NCBI GenBank assembly: GCA_963817915.1
Contig: CAWFQL010000017.1
Span: 288,001 to 352,000, forward strand
Direction: 5' to 3'
DNA length: 64,000 nt
From: an uncultured candidate division Zixibacteria bacterium
GTDB lineage: Bacteria > Zixibacteria > MSB-5A5 > UBA10806
The stretch's first letter is position 1, and each line of letters opens with the position of its first letter. The translations under genes and the position numbers were made by a program. Under the pieces are notes generated by a model, which saw only the letters and a program-made list of their open reading frames with translations, did no database searches and was not told where the DNA came from. Of the stretch, positions 31,025-41,156 are shown piece by piece.

Positions 31025-32006
31025 AGATCCATTGTGGCTGCTGCTTTTAGTGATACCAGCGGCATATATCTACCTGCGGTATTTCACTAGATATCTGCGC
31101 GCGCCCTCGATGCCCTATCCTGATTTGAATATATTCGAGAAAATCGGCAAATCCTGGCGCACAAGGCTCGTATCGGTTCTTCCCATAATCAAGGCTGCGG
31201 GGCTTTCTATTTTGATAGTAGCCATGGCAAGACCTCAATCCGGTTATGGACAAAATAAGCAGTCGGTCGAAGGAGTCGATATCATGCTGGCGCTGGATAT
31301 CTCCGGGAGTATGCGATCAGAGGATTTCAAGCCTAAGAATCGACTTTATGTATCCAAAGAAGTAATCAGAAAATTCATCGAAGGAAGAGAAACTGACCGG
31401 CTCGGACTGGTGGTTTTCGCGCGAAGGAGCTTTACCCAGTGTCCATTGACAACGGACTATGAACTTCTCAAGAGCCTGCTTGACCGCGTCGATTTTGGGA
31501 TGGTTGAAGATAAAACGGCAATCGGTCTGGCGATAGCCAATGCCGCCAATCGTTTGAAAGATTCACAGGCGAAATCGAAAATTATAATTCTGCTAACTGA
31601 CGGTGTTAATAATGTCGACGATCTCAGTCCGATAGACGCCGCCAAGGCCGCCGCGGCATTGGGTATCAAAATATATGCAGTGGGCGCAGGTCGGCCCGGC
31701 CTGGTTGATATTCCAATCGATAACGGCTTCGGGGGATTTCGCTATGTTCAGATGCAGTCCGAAATCGACGAAGAGACCTTAAATGAAATCGCGGATATCA
31801 CTGGCGGGAAATTCTACCGTGCAAAAGACGAGACCGCACTGCAAAATATCTACGATGAAATATCGAAGCTTGAAAAAACGAAAATAGAAGTGCACAGATA
31901 TTATCGCTATGATGAATTGTTCGGGCAATTCCTGATAGCGGGACTGTCATTATTGATGATAGAGTTTCTGCTATCAAAAACAATCCTCGGAGGTTTGCCG
32001 GAATGA
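31011..32006 (+). CDS. batA: BatA vWA domain protein
   Basis: FKDPLWL, AMARPQ, DISGSM MIDAS, QCPLTTD, TAIGLAIA, LLTDG, TGGKFYRA. Confidence 0.88.
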   Translation: MFRFKDPLWLLLLVIPAAYIYLRYFTRYLRAPSMPYPDLNIFEKIGKSWRTRLVSVLPIIKAAGLSILIVAMARPQSGYGQNKQSVEGVDIMLALDISGSMRSEDFKPKNRLYVSKEVIRKFIEGRETDRLGLVVFARRSFTQCPLTTDYELLKSLLDRVDFGMVEDKTAIGLAIANAANRLKDSQAKSKIIILLTDGVNNVDDLSPIDAAKAAAALGIKIYAVGAGRPGLVDIPIDNGFGGFRYVQMQSEIDEETLNEIADITGGKFYRAKDETALQNIYDEISKLEKTKIEVHRYYRYDELFGQFLIAGLSLLMIEFLLSKTILGGLPE

Positions 32007-33010
32007 GATTCGATAGTCCGCAATTTCTTTGGATATATTTTGCTATTCCGGCTCTATTCCTGATCCTGTTATTAGGCGGGAAGCTCAAAAAATCAGCCCA
32101 AAACAAATTTGGCCATTCGTCGACCGTTTCAAGATTATTCGGCCAATTGAATTTATCAACGCGGAATATATCTTTCATATTGCTTTTGGGCGGAATAGCT
32201 TTTGTTGTCACTGCCCTGGCTCGCCCGCAATACCCCGGGGGGGTTGAAAAAATCGAAGCTCGCGGCGGAAAAGTTGTCGTGGCCTTAGATATCTCGCTAT
32301 CGATGCTGGCAAATGATTTTCAGCCCAACCGACTTGAGAAGGCCAAACGTGAGATAATCAGCTTAATCGAAAAGCTACAGGCCCAAACTCTTGGATTGGT
32401 CGTATTCGCCGGCGAGGCGTTTGTTCAATGTCCTCCGACTATCGATTATTCAGCATTCAGGATGTTTCTTGATGTCGCGGACGTAGGCATGATATCCGAT
32501 ACCGGGACCAATTTGGCTGACGCAATCGATGTTTCCGCCAAGCTTCTCGATGATGGCTCGCCGATGGATAAGGCCATAATTATCTTCACTGATGGCGAAT
32601 CATTTCAAGGCGATGCCGAAAAATCTGCTGACGAAGCCGCTAAAAAAGGAATAAAAGTCTATGCTGTCGGAATAGGAAGTCAAACCGGACGTCCGATTCC
32701 TGATTACAAATCGAATGAAGGTTCATTAAAGAAGAATGACAGCGGCGAAATAGTCATATCACGCCTTGATGAAGCAAGCCTGACTAAAATCGCGGCTAAT
32801 GGCAACGGAAAATACTTTACGGCTACTTCCGGCGAAAAAGAAATCGATGATCTTTTTGCGGATATTAAAGGATTAAAAGGGGAAGAGAAAGATAAGAAAT
32901 TCAGAACCCTATATAATGAAAAATACCGCTGGCTATTATTGCCGGGTGTATTGCTGATATCCGCCGCAATGTTTTTGCCGTTAAGCAAGGATGACGACTA
33001 TGAAAAATAG
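32003..33010 (+). CDS. batB: BatB vWA domain protein
   Basis: ALARPQ, DISLSMLAND..PNRLEKAK, LVVFAGEA, GTNL..AI, FTDGE, VISRLDE. Confidence 0.85.
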   Translation: MRFDSPQFLWIYFAIPALFLILLLGGKLKKSAQNKFGHSSTVSRLFGQLNLSTRNISFILLLGGIAFVVTALARPQYPGGVEKIEARGGKVVVALDISLSMLANDFQPNRLEKAKREIISLIEKLQAQTLGLVVFAGEAFVQCPPTIDYSAFRMFLDVADVGMISDTGTNLADAIDVSAKLLDDGSPMDKAIIIFTDGESFQGDAEKSADEAAKKGIKVYAVGIGSQTGRPIPDYKSNEGSLKKNDSGEIVISRLDEASLTKIAANGNGKYFTATSGEKEIDDLFADIKGLKGEEKDKKFRTLYNEKYRWLLLPGVLLISAAMFLPLSKDDDYEK

Positions 33011-33734
33011 AATTCTATATGCCATAATTCTAATATTACCATTTACAAATGCGATAGCCGATGAATACCGCTCCAAAATCAATGATGGTTATGATTATTA
33101 CAAAAACGGCGAATACGAAAAGGCCGCGGATAATTTCAAACAGGCGGCGATTTTAAAACCCGATCGCGCGCTGCCGTTATTCGATAAAGGAACCGCGCTT
33201 TATAAATCTAACGATTATGAAGGTGCCGCCAAGGAATTCGGCAGTACCAACGGCAAGATCGACAATAAGGATATCAAGAGCGATTCGTACTATAATATGG
33301 GCAATGCATTATTTAAGGCGGGAAAATACGATGACGCCATAAAATCATATGTAGACGCGTTAAAGTTGAATCCCAAGGATAAGGATTATAAACATAATCT
33401 CGAGACTGCTCTTATAAAAAAACAAATCCAGCAACAGCAACAACAGCAACAAAAACAAGACCAGAATAAAGACAAAAATAAAGATCAGCAGAAGCAGGAT
33501 CAACAGAAACAAGATCAGCAAAAACAGGACCAGCAGAAGAAAGATCAACAGCAAAATCAGCAGGACCAAAAGAAAGACGAGCAAAAAGATCAGCAGCAGG
33601 CCGGCGCCCAGGATAAAAAGATGTCAAAAGAACAGGCGCAACGACTATTGGCTCAGTTCGCCGAAGACGAAAAAGAAATTCAAAAGCAGTTAAAACAGGT
33701 AAATCTGAGGAGCCGTTCTCGTAATGATTGGTAG
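33000..33734 (+). CDS. batC: BatC TPR protein with Gln-rich linker
   Basis: TPRs (YYNMGNALF, YVDALKLNP), poly-Q/QKQD linker, MSKEQAQRLL, C-terminal NDW. Confidence 0.82.
   Translation: MKNRILYAIILILPFTNAIADEYRSKINDGYDYYKNGEYEKAADNFKQAAILKPDRALPLFDKGTALYKSNDYEGAAKEFGSTNGKIDNKDIKSDSYYNMGNALFKAGKYDDAIKSYVDALKLNPKDKDYKHNLETALIKKQIQQQQQQQQKQDQNKDKNKDQQKQDQQKQDQQKQDQQKKDQQQNQQDQKKDEQKDQQQAGAQDKKMSKEQAQRLLAQFAEDEKEIQKQLKQVNLRSRSRNDW
33483..33557 (+). repeat. Five imperfect 15-bp tandem repeats encoding DQQKQ-like units in batC
   Basis: gatcagcagaagcag gatcaacagaaacaa gatcagcaaaaacag gaccagcagaagaaa gatcaacagcaaaat. Confidence 0.75.
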
Positions 33735-35508
33735 AAAAATAAAATATCTTCTGATTGGATTAATATCGATCGCGGCTACCTCTGTTTTTGGAGCGACTAT
33801 TACGGCTTCTGTCGACCGCAATGATGTCGGAGTTGGCGAACAGATTGTCTTATCTATTTCTATATCAGGAAAAGGCGGAAGCCTTCCCGATCCCACTCTA
33901 CCGGATCTTTCGCCATTTGAAGTATATTCATCCGGAAGAAGTCAAAATATTTCGATCGGCATGGGCGGATATGTCTCATCGGTCGAAATAAATTACGTTC
34001 TTGTACCCAAAAAGGCCGGTGACTTCATGATCGGGCCGGTGACAGTCAAGGACAATGGTGGAATTGTATCGACGCAACCGATAAAGATAACCGTACGCCA
34101 ACAAAACCAGAACGCTATCCCTCAACAGAAATCTTCCCAGGGAGCTAAATCCCAACCCGCGAGAAAAGGGGATGATTTCTTCATGGAACAATCGGTCGAT
34201 AAGACAAACCCCTATATAGGCGAACAAGTCGTCATTAGCGCCCGTTTTTATCAAGGTGTGAATTTATGGAATGCCCCGCAATGGGTCCTGCCAAAATATA
34301 ATGGTTCTATTGCCGAAGACCTTCCGCCCGTTCCTCGCTATTATGTGAATATCAACGGAAGAAGATATTTAGTCACGGAATATAAAAGGGCAATTTTCCC
34401 CATCTTATCCGGCCAGCTTACAATCGATTCCCCACAATTAACAATCAGGCCGGATGATTTCGGGGCCAATATGGATCCCTTCAGTTTTTTTAATCAAAAC
34501 ATGCGGGATCTTTTCAAACGGGGCCAACCGAAGCTTATTACCGCTCCGCCCATAACGCTGCGAATACGTCAGCTGCCCGAAGCTGGCAAGCCCATTGATT
34601 TCGCCGGCGCAGTAGGGAAATTTAAAATCAATGTCGAGGCCGATAAGGACTCAGTTGGAGTCGATGAGCCGATAACTCTTAAATTCACTTTGGCAGGAAC
34701 GGGTAATATAAAATCGATATCGACTATCAAATTACCCGAATTGCCGGATTTCAGGGTTTACGAATCTGGCAACACCGAATCCATTTCTAATACCAGTGGA
34801 GTCATCTCCGGTACCAAGACCTTCGAGCAGGCGGTAATACCGAAAACATCCGGGAAATTTATATTACCATCCGTTAAATTCAGCTATTTCGACCCCGGAG
34901 TCGGAGCTTATAAGACTGTCCAGACTCAATCGCTGAACGTGGTGGCGAGCGGGCAGGGCTTATCGGATGTTGGAGGTGCTCCAAAAAATATTATAGGCAC
35001 GGCGCAGAAATCATTTGGGTACATTATTACCGATTTCTCCAGGCCATCAAGTCGGCTGGAGCTGGCCGGCAGTTTTTGGTTTTGGATTCTACAGATATTA
35101 CCTTTGGGTGGGATAGTTGCCGCTTTCATTTATAAATCCCACTATCGAAAATTGCTAACCGATAAAAACTATGCGCGCAAAATCAACGCCGGCAGGAATC
35201 TTAAAATATTATTTAAGAAAGCCGAGACCAGCAAGACTAACAGCCAGTTTGCGGAATTTTACGAAAATATAAATGATGCCATACTTGGCTTTGTGGCCGA
35301 CCGATTAGGTTTTGAAAAATCAGGACTGACAATAGACAGCCTAAAAAGTGAAGATCGAATTGATATTGCGCTTCGAAATAATCTAACGTCGTTTCTGGAA
35401 ATATGTCAGACGGCACGTTTCTCACCTCAGGGATTCAGCGCCATGAGAACCGGCGGAATATTAAATGATGCCCAAAATCTCATAAGCCGTCTGGAGAAAT
35501 CATTATGA
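33724..35508 (+). CDS. batD: BatD protein
   Basis: ASVDRN.VGVGE, PYIGEQV, F.GAVGKF, GTGN, FSYFDP, TM helix, ARFSP. Confidence 0.85.
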   Translation: MIGRKIKYLLIGLISIAATSVFGATITASVDRNDVGVGEQIVLSISISGKGGSLPDPTLPDLSPFEVYSSGRSQNISIGMGGYVSSVEINYVLVPKKAGDFMIGPVTVKDNGGIVSTQPIKITVRQQNQNAIPQQKSSQGAKSQPARKGDDFFMEQSVDKTNPYIGEQVVISARFYQGVNLWNAPQWVLPKYNGSIAEDLPPVPRYYVNINGRRYLVTEYKRAIFPILSGQLTIDSPQLTIRPDDFGANMDPFSFFNQNMRDLFKRGQPKLITAPPITLRIRQLPEAGKPIDFAGAVGKFKINVEADKDSVGVDEPITLKFTLAGTGNIKSISTIKLPELPDFRVYESGNTESISNTSGVISGTKTFEQAVIPKTSGKFILPSVKFSYFDPGVGAYKTVQTQSLNVVASGQGLSDVGGAPKNIIGTAQKSFGYIITDFSRPSSRLELAGSFWFWILQILPLGGIVAAFIYKSHYRKLLTDKNYARKINAGRNLKILFKKAETSKTNSQFAEFYENINDAILGFVADRLGFEKSGLTIDSLKSEDRIDIALRNNLTSFLEICQTARFSPQGFSAMRTGGILNDAQNLISRLEKSL

Positions 35509-36261
35509 GAAAAACGCTATTGGGTATTTTCCTGTTTATAACGATATTCTCGATCTCAGGCTTTCGCGCAGGATAATAATACACTTTGGAAAAATGCTGC
35601 GGATGAATATGATAGAAGCCAATATGACCAGGCCATTGATAATTACAATCGTCTCCTTGAAAGGGGCTATATTAACCCTGAGATATACTATAATATTGGT
35701 AATTCGTATTTTAAGAATGGCGATGTCGGTCGGGCGATCTGGGCGTATCGGCGCGCCTTGATCATCAATCCCGATTTTAAACCGGCCAAGGCCAATCTCG
35801 CTTATGTTAGATCGTTCAATACTGATCAGATCGAAATCGGGAAAAAAGGATTTATCCTGGATATCTGGGATTTTTTGACGGGGCTTTTTTCCACAAATGG
35901 GTTCCTCATACTCTTTTGCATTGTATGGTGGACTCTGGTATTGTTATTGGCATATATTATTATTAGGCTGGATAGATCGTCGTGGCCATATTATTTCTTG
36001 ATAGTCTCAATCATAGTTGTTATCTTTTCAGGCGCCTCCGCGGCCCGACGAATTCATGATGACAAACTTACAAGGTGGGGGGTGATTGTCGCGTTATCGG
36101 CCGATATCAGGGAAGGGCCCGGCGACGAATTCAATAAAATCGAAATTGGCCACGAAGGTCTGGAATGTATTATTCTGAGCGAACGTGAAAATAACTATTT
36201 AATAGAACTTGGAAACGGTCTCAAGGGATGGGTACAGAAAAAATCCGTGCTTGAAATTTGA
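35505..36261 (+). CDS. batE: BatE TPR + SH3-like protein (frameshift near 35560)
   Basis: ATG at 35505 gives a signal peptide; the shifted frame gives YYNIGNSYFK.G.VGRAIWAYRRAL then ORF 35758-36261 with TMs, IREGPG, HEG, GLKGWV. Confidence 0.8.
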
Positions 36262-37316
36262 AATCTTCTAAGATAAAAAAACTGCTCGGTCTATTGCTGG
36301 CAATAGCACTCCTTGTATATTGTTTTTATGATTTTGATTTTGACAGCGTCATAAAAGCAATCTCGAAAATAGACTATTACTATCTGATACCTCTAGTCTT
36401 CATGGAAGCGTTTATAGCCTTTGTTCGCGCAGTTCGGCTTAAATACATAATCGATCCTGTTAAGCATGTCTCTATAGTGGCGCTTTATCCGATTTACTGT
36501 ATCGGTATGATGACAAATCTTATAATGCCGTATCTTACCGGACAGGTCGCAAGGATTTATCTCCTCAGTAAAAAGACTCGTTTAAAGAAGGCATTTTTGG
36601 TGACCAATACGGTTCTTGAAGTGCTGTTTGACGCTTTGACGTTGATCGGAATGGTAATGGTTATTTCGCTGTTTTTCGCGCTTCCTCAGAATTTTGGCGC
36701 CTGGTATATCATAATATTGGCCGGGGCGATATTATTGCTCTATATCGGATTATTCATATTATCCCGATCCCGCGGAAAAAGCAGTCGTCTTTATAGTTTC
36801 ATTACTCTAAAATTGCCAGTGGCTGCCAAGAAGAAAATCGACGAAATCAGAAATTCGATCCTTTCCGGCCTTGAGACCTTAAAAAGCACCAGACACTTCA
36901 TGCTGGTTTCCGCCTTATCCATATTGTCATGGCTGTGCCAGGCCGGGATTGTTTATCTACTTATATTGGCGTTCGGCTTTCCAATATCGATATGGGGAGC
37001 GGTAGTAATCACGATCGTGGTGACGCTGATGATGACCATAGTTATTTCCCCGGTCAATATCGGCACTTTCCAGGGTGCTACCGTTGCCGCACTGCATCCA
37101 TTTGGAATAGATAAATCATCAGCGCTTGCATTTTCGTTTTTGCTCCATATTGCGGTCTATATTCCGCCGATAATTCTTGGAGCCCTTTTTTCATTCAAGG
37201 AAGGGCTGACTTTTAAGCAATTGCATGATGAAGGCGAAAAGGGGGTTGGCAGTATCGAGCTTCAACCATCTACTGTTCCTCATAAGGCCAAACGAAGCAG
37301 TTCCCATGACGAATAG
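36258..37316 (+). CDS. UPF0104 / lysylphosphatidylglycerol synthase TM-region (flippase-like) protein
   Basis: Multi-TM; RAVR, IGMMTNLIMP..TGQVAR, EVLFD, SPVNIGTFQ. Confidence 0.78.
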   Translation: MKSSKIKKLLGLLLAIALLVYCFYDFDFDSVIKAISKIDYYYLIPLVFMEAFIAFVRAVRLKYIIDPVKHVSIVALYPIYCIGMMTNLIMPYLTGQVARIYLLSKKTRLKKAFLVTNTVLEVLFDALTLIGMVMVISLFFALPQNFGAWYIIILAGAILLLYIGLFILSRSRGKSSRLYSFITLKLPVAAKKKIDEIRNSILSGLETLKSTRHFMLVSALSILSWLCQAGIVYLLILAFGFPISIWGAVVITIVVTLMMTIVISPVNIGTFQGATVAALHPFGIDKSSALAFSFLLHIAVYIPPIILGALFSFKEGLTFKQLHDEGEKGVGSIELQPSTVPHKAKRSSSHDE

Positions 37317-37376
37317 ATCGTTTATTATTTGCAGACTTTGAACAGTATTTTCCATAATATCACTACATAAATCCAG

Positions 37377-38066
37377 ATGAATAAACTGCAGATTACTAAA
37401 AAGATTGTCTCGATTGACGGCGTTTTGGAGAGCATGTACGGTCCCAAGAAAAGGACAAAATTCACAGCGCCCGTAGATGAATTGATTTTAACTATCCTTT
37501 CACAGAATACCAACGATATCAATCGCGATAAAGCCTATAATTCATTAAGGGCAATATTCCCTGCATGGAGCGATGTGGCTGAGGCGAAAAAAACTGAAAT
37601 AGCCAAAGCAATCAAGGTCGGCGGGCTGGCAAATATAAAATCGGGACGGATCAAGAGCATATTAGGGCAAATTGGCAAACTCTCACCGGATTACAGCCTG
37701 TCTTTTTTGAAAGATATGGGTGATAAAGCCATAATGGAATTTCTGCTTAAATTCGATGGAGTAGGTCCCAAAACCGCATCATGTGTCCTATTGTTTTCCC
37801 TCGGCCGAAAAGCGATGCCGGTTGATACGCATGTCTATAGAATTGGGCAGAGGTTAGGAATAATTCCTGATGATGCTGATGTGGAGAAGGCTCATCAATG
37901 GTTCCATGATTTGAATCCCGATGTTGATATTCTTAAGCTTCATCTGAATCTAATTCAACATGGCCGAATTCTTTGCCGCCCCAGGAATCCCAAATGCGGG
38001 AACTGCCAATTAAGAAAATATTGCCTTTATTTTAAGCAAATGGCGCCAAAACAGTCAAAATCATGA
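37377..38066 (+). CDS. nth: Endonuclease III-family HhH-GPD DNA glycosylase
   Basis: ILSQNTND, GVGPKTA (HhH), VDTH, CxxxxxxCxxCxxxxxC 4Fe-4S motif. Confidence 0.88.
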   Translation: MNKLQITKKIVSIDGVLESMYGPKKRTKFTAPVDELILTILSQNTNDINRDKAYNSLRAIFPAWSDVAEAKKTEIAKAIKVGGLANIKSGRIKSILGQIGKLSPDYSLSFLKDMGDKAIMEFLLKFDGVGPKTASCVLLFSLGRKAMPVDTHVYRIGQRLGIIPDDADVEKAHQWFHDLNPDVDILKLHLNLIQHGRILCRPRNPKCGNCQLRKYCLYFKQMAPKQSKS

Positions 38067-38079
38067 TAATGATATTTAA

Positions 38080-38108
38080 TTGACACATACGCACATGATT
38101 GCTATTTT
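38080..38108 (+). promoter_or_regulatory. Putative sigma70-type promoter
   Basis: TTGACA (38080-38085), N17, TATTTT (38103-38108) with extended TG. Confidence 0.6.
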
Positions 38109-38137
38109 AAGATAACATATGATAGTGGAGAAATAGA

Positions 38138-38617
38138 ATGGACAACGTGAATGTAATCAGAACGGGGTTTTTTGCGCCGGATTTTTCGCTTCCCGATAGC
38201 GAAGGGCACATGGTGTCTCTAAAGGAAAATTTAGCGAATAGTTTCGTCTGCCTGTGCTTTTTCCCGGATGGCGACAATGACAAAATTAACGGCATTCTTA
38301 AGGATCTCAATTCAGATATGCCCAAAACAGCCGCCGGTTTGCTGGTGAATATACTCGCAGTCTCACCCGAAAAAGTATTCCGCCTTAAAGCGCTAAAGGA
38401 TAAATTGAAAATAAATTTCCCGCTCCTTTCGGATCTAAAATTAAAAGCGGCCAAACAATATTATGTTGTTGACTCAAATAGCTTGAAACGAAATGTACAC
38501 TTTTCCGTATTTATTATCGATGATGCCGGAATTGTTCGGCATCGTTTTAGTGAAGTAATTGGTGTTTCGAAATTTGCGATGGAGAATTTGAAGATAGAAA
38601 TTGCTAAGCTGCTTTAA
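38138..38617 (+). CDS. AhpC/TSA (Bcp-like) redoxin-fold protein lacking the peroxidatic Cys
   Basis: APDFSLPD..G..VSL, LAVSP, NFPLLSD and FIID..GIVR framework; the PxxxTxxC position reads PDGDNDKI. Confidence 0.75.
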   Translation: MDNVNVIRTGFFAPDFSLPDSEGHMVSLKENLANSFVCLCFFPDGDNDKINGILKDLNSDMPKTAAGLLVNILAVSPEKVFRLKALKDKLKINFPLLSDLKLKAAKQYYVVDSNSLKRNVHFSVFIIDDAGIVRHRFSEVIGVSKFAMENLKIEIAKLL

Positions 38618-38692
38618 ATTTCTGAAACGATAATCACAAAAAAGCGGTTTATACTCGATCCGGGCATCTGCCCGTTTTGATATAGGTAGGAA

Positions 38693-40057
38693 ATGATGAT
38701 GAAAAAAAGTATTTGGTCCCCGGGAATATATCTAATTCTAGCATTTTTAATACTATCTAATGGCCATGATGCCGTCAAGGCCGATGAAATATTGGCGGTG
38801 GATTTGAAGTCAGCTATCAATATGGCGGTCGAACATAATGAGAATTATCAGATCGCCAAAAAGGAAGTAGATAAAGCCGACGGCAAAGTGATGGAAGCTA
38901 CATCAGGCGCGTTTCCGCAAATCACCAGCGGCATAACCTGGATGCATAACTGGGAAGTCCCTGTCGCGGTATTCAGCATGAATGGCGAACAAACTCGGAT
39001 TAAATTTGGCACCGCCAATAATTATACCGCCGATCTGACTCTTACTCAGCCAATTTATGCCGGAGGCAGAACCTTCACTGCGCTGAGAATTGCCAAACTG
39101 TATAAGCGGCTTGCACATGAAATGTTGAGCCAGGCGAGACAGGATTTGAAGGTTCAAGTATATAATGGTTTCTATGGGGCTTTGCTGGCAAATGATGTAC
39201 GGCTTGTCAACGAAGAATCAAAAAAAGTCGCGGACGAAAACCTCGATGTGGTCACAAAAATGTATAATCAGGGTATGGTGGCGGAGTATGATTTTTTGAG
39301 GGCGAAAGTAGAAGTTGCCAATCTTGAACCAGCAGTGATAAAAGCCAAAAATGACGCCGAAGTCGCCATGAACGCGTTCAAGAATTTGCTGGGATTGCCT
39401 TTGGATTCCCAAATTGAATTGAAGGCAGATTACGATTCATCACTATTTATTCTTCCGCCCGTTGATGATTCATCGGCACAGGCGGAGCTGCTAGCCAATC
39501 GACCCGAAATAAGGATGAGTGATTTGCAGTCTCAGATGCTAAAGCAGGCGGTCTCGATTTCAATGTCAGGCTATCGGCCCTCGCTGTATTTTTCCACCAG
39601 CCTGCAATATTCCGCTCAATTTGATTACGGCAGCGTATTTGATCAATCCTGGGCTCGGAGTATTACCAGTGTGTTGTCATTTACAATGCCGATATTCGAT
39701 TCATGGAAAACACCAAGCCAGGTAAAGCAGGCTCGGATTGACTATAAACAAAGTCTGCTCCAAGAAGATGCAACAAAAAAAGCGATGATTCTGGCATTCC
39801 AACAAAGCCGCGGCAATTATCATGAAGCCAGAAACAGATTGTCGGCTCAGGGCAACGCTGTCGAATTGGCCAAAAGAGGCCTGAGCATTGCCAAAGTCAG
39901 GTATGAAAGCGGAGTCGGGACACAATTGGAATTTTCCGATGCCAGACTATCGCTTTCAATGGCTGAAATTAATAAGGCTGTCGCTTTTCATGATCTGGCT
40001 GTCAATTATGTTGCCTTGATGAGAGCGTTAGGAAGAGAATTAGAACCTGTGAATTAG
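38693..40057 (+). CDS. TolC family outer membrane efflux protein
   Basis: Two OEP repeats (LTQPIYAGG; MPIFD), RYESGVGTQLE; precedes MFP and RND genes. Confidence 0.9.
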   Translation: MMMKKSIWSPGIYLILAFLILSNGHDAVKADEILAVDLKSAINMAVEHNENYQIAKKEVDKADGKVMEATSGAFPQITSGITWMHNWEVPVAVFSMNGEQTRIKFGTANNYTADLTLTQPIYAGGRTFTALRIAKLYKRLAHEMLSQARQDLKVQVYNGFYGALLANDVRLVNEESKKVADENLDVVTKMYNQGMVAEYDFLRAKVEVANLEPAVIKAKNDAEVAMNAFKNLLGLPLDSQIELKADYDSSLFILPPVDDSSAQAELLANRPEIRMSDLQSQMLKQAVSISMSGYRPSLYFSTSLQYSAQFDYGSVFDQSWARSITSVLSFTMPIFDSWKTPSQVKQARIDYKQSLLQEDATKKAMILAFQQSRGNYHEARNRLSAQGNAVELAKRGLSIAKVRYESGVGTQLEFSDARLSLSMAEINKAVAFHDLAVNYVALMRALGRELEPVN

Positions 40058-40080
40058 AATATAGATGAAGGATTATTAAG

Positions 40081-41151
40081 ATGAAAAAGACAGTTTTATC
40101 ATTATTGATCATAGCGGTTATTGCATCAATTGTTGCTTGCGGGGGCAAGAAGCAGGAGATTGTTAAAGAAGAAAAGCCGGTGGCCGTGACAGTCGCTTTG
40201 GCACAGCCGCGCGATATTTCAATAGAAAAATCCTATAGCGGCTCGCTTGAGGGAATAAGGCAGGCCAATATATACGCTTCGATCCCCGAAGCCGTAGTGG
40301 AATTGCCGTATGGCAAGGGGAACAGGGTCGAGGCCGGTCAGCCGGTGATATTGCTCGATAAAAATGGAGTGGCATCACAATATAAACAGGCCTATGCCGG
40401 TTTTGTGAATGCGAAAGACAATTATGAAAAGATGGGCAAGCTATTCGCCCAGGGTGCAATTTCGGAGCAGACATATAACGGAGTTAAAACGGCATTCGAA
40501 GTAGCTCAGGCCAATTATGCCTCGGCGCGCCAGCAGGTCGAATTGACGACTCCAATCTCCGGAGTACTAACTGATCTATCGGTTAATGTTGGCGACTATG
40601 TTCATCTTGGTGTGCCGTTAGCCACGATAGCGCAAACCGATAAAATGAGAATGACTATTTTTGTTGAAAGCCGAGGCGCAAGCTATATCAATAAAGGCCA
40701 GGACGCCAGAGTATTAGTCGATCTCGCCGGTAGTACTCCTTATCAATCGGCAGGCGTTGTTTCCGAAGTATCCAAATCCGCCGATCCCGCTACTCGCATG
40801 TTCAGGGTTGAGATTCAAATTGATAATAAAGAAAATTTGCTGAGGCCTGGCATGTTTGCGAAGGCATCGATCATCGTAAATGAGCTTAAAGATGTCCTGG
40901 TGGTTCCTAAAGAATCAGTCTATTCCATAGAAGGAGTATTCAAGACATTTAAGCTTGAGGGGGATAGAGCCAAAGAGGTCACGGTCACTGTCGGAGAATC
41001 AACCAACGGTTACTATCAAATAACATCAGGCTTGAATATTAATGATAGCGTGATTGTGCTGGGCAGGACCGTGGTGATCGATGGTTCATTGGTAAAGGTT
41101 ATCTCTGATTCATTGGGCGCGTCGTATAGCGACAGCAAGCAAGAAGGTTAG
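40081..41151 (+). CDS. RND efflux membrane fusion lipoprotein
   Basis: Lipobox IVAC; TPISGV, DPATRMF.V, LRPGMF, VVPKESV. Confidence 0.9.
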   Translation: MKKTVLSLLIIAVIASIVACGGKKQEIVKEEKPVAVTVALAQPRDISIEKSYSGSLEGIRQANIYASIPEAVVELPYGKGNRVEAGQPVILLDKNGVASQYKQAYAGFVNAKDNYEKMGKLFAQGAISEQTYNGVKTAFEVAQANYASARQQVELTTPISGVLTDLSVNVGDYVHLGVPLATIAQTDKMRMTIFVESRGASYINKGQDARVLVDLAGSTPYQSAGVVSEVSKSADPATRMFRVEIQIDNKENLLRPGMFAKASIIVNELKDVLVVPKESVYSIEGVFKTFKLEGDRAKEVTVTVGESTNGYYQITSGLNINDSVIVLGRTVVIDGSLVKVISDSLGASYSDSKQEG

Positions 41152-41156
41152 TCGAT

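Noticed and set aside
33483..33557. 15-bp tandem repeats as a possible CRISPR array
   Set aside because: No spacers, degenerate at codon third positions and in frame within batC; no cas genes
33360..33627. Hydrophobic minus-strand ORFs (LLLLI...) resembling membrane proteins
   Set aside because: They are the antisense reading of the Gln/Lys/Asp-rich repeat in batC
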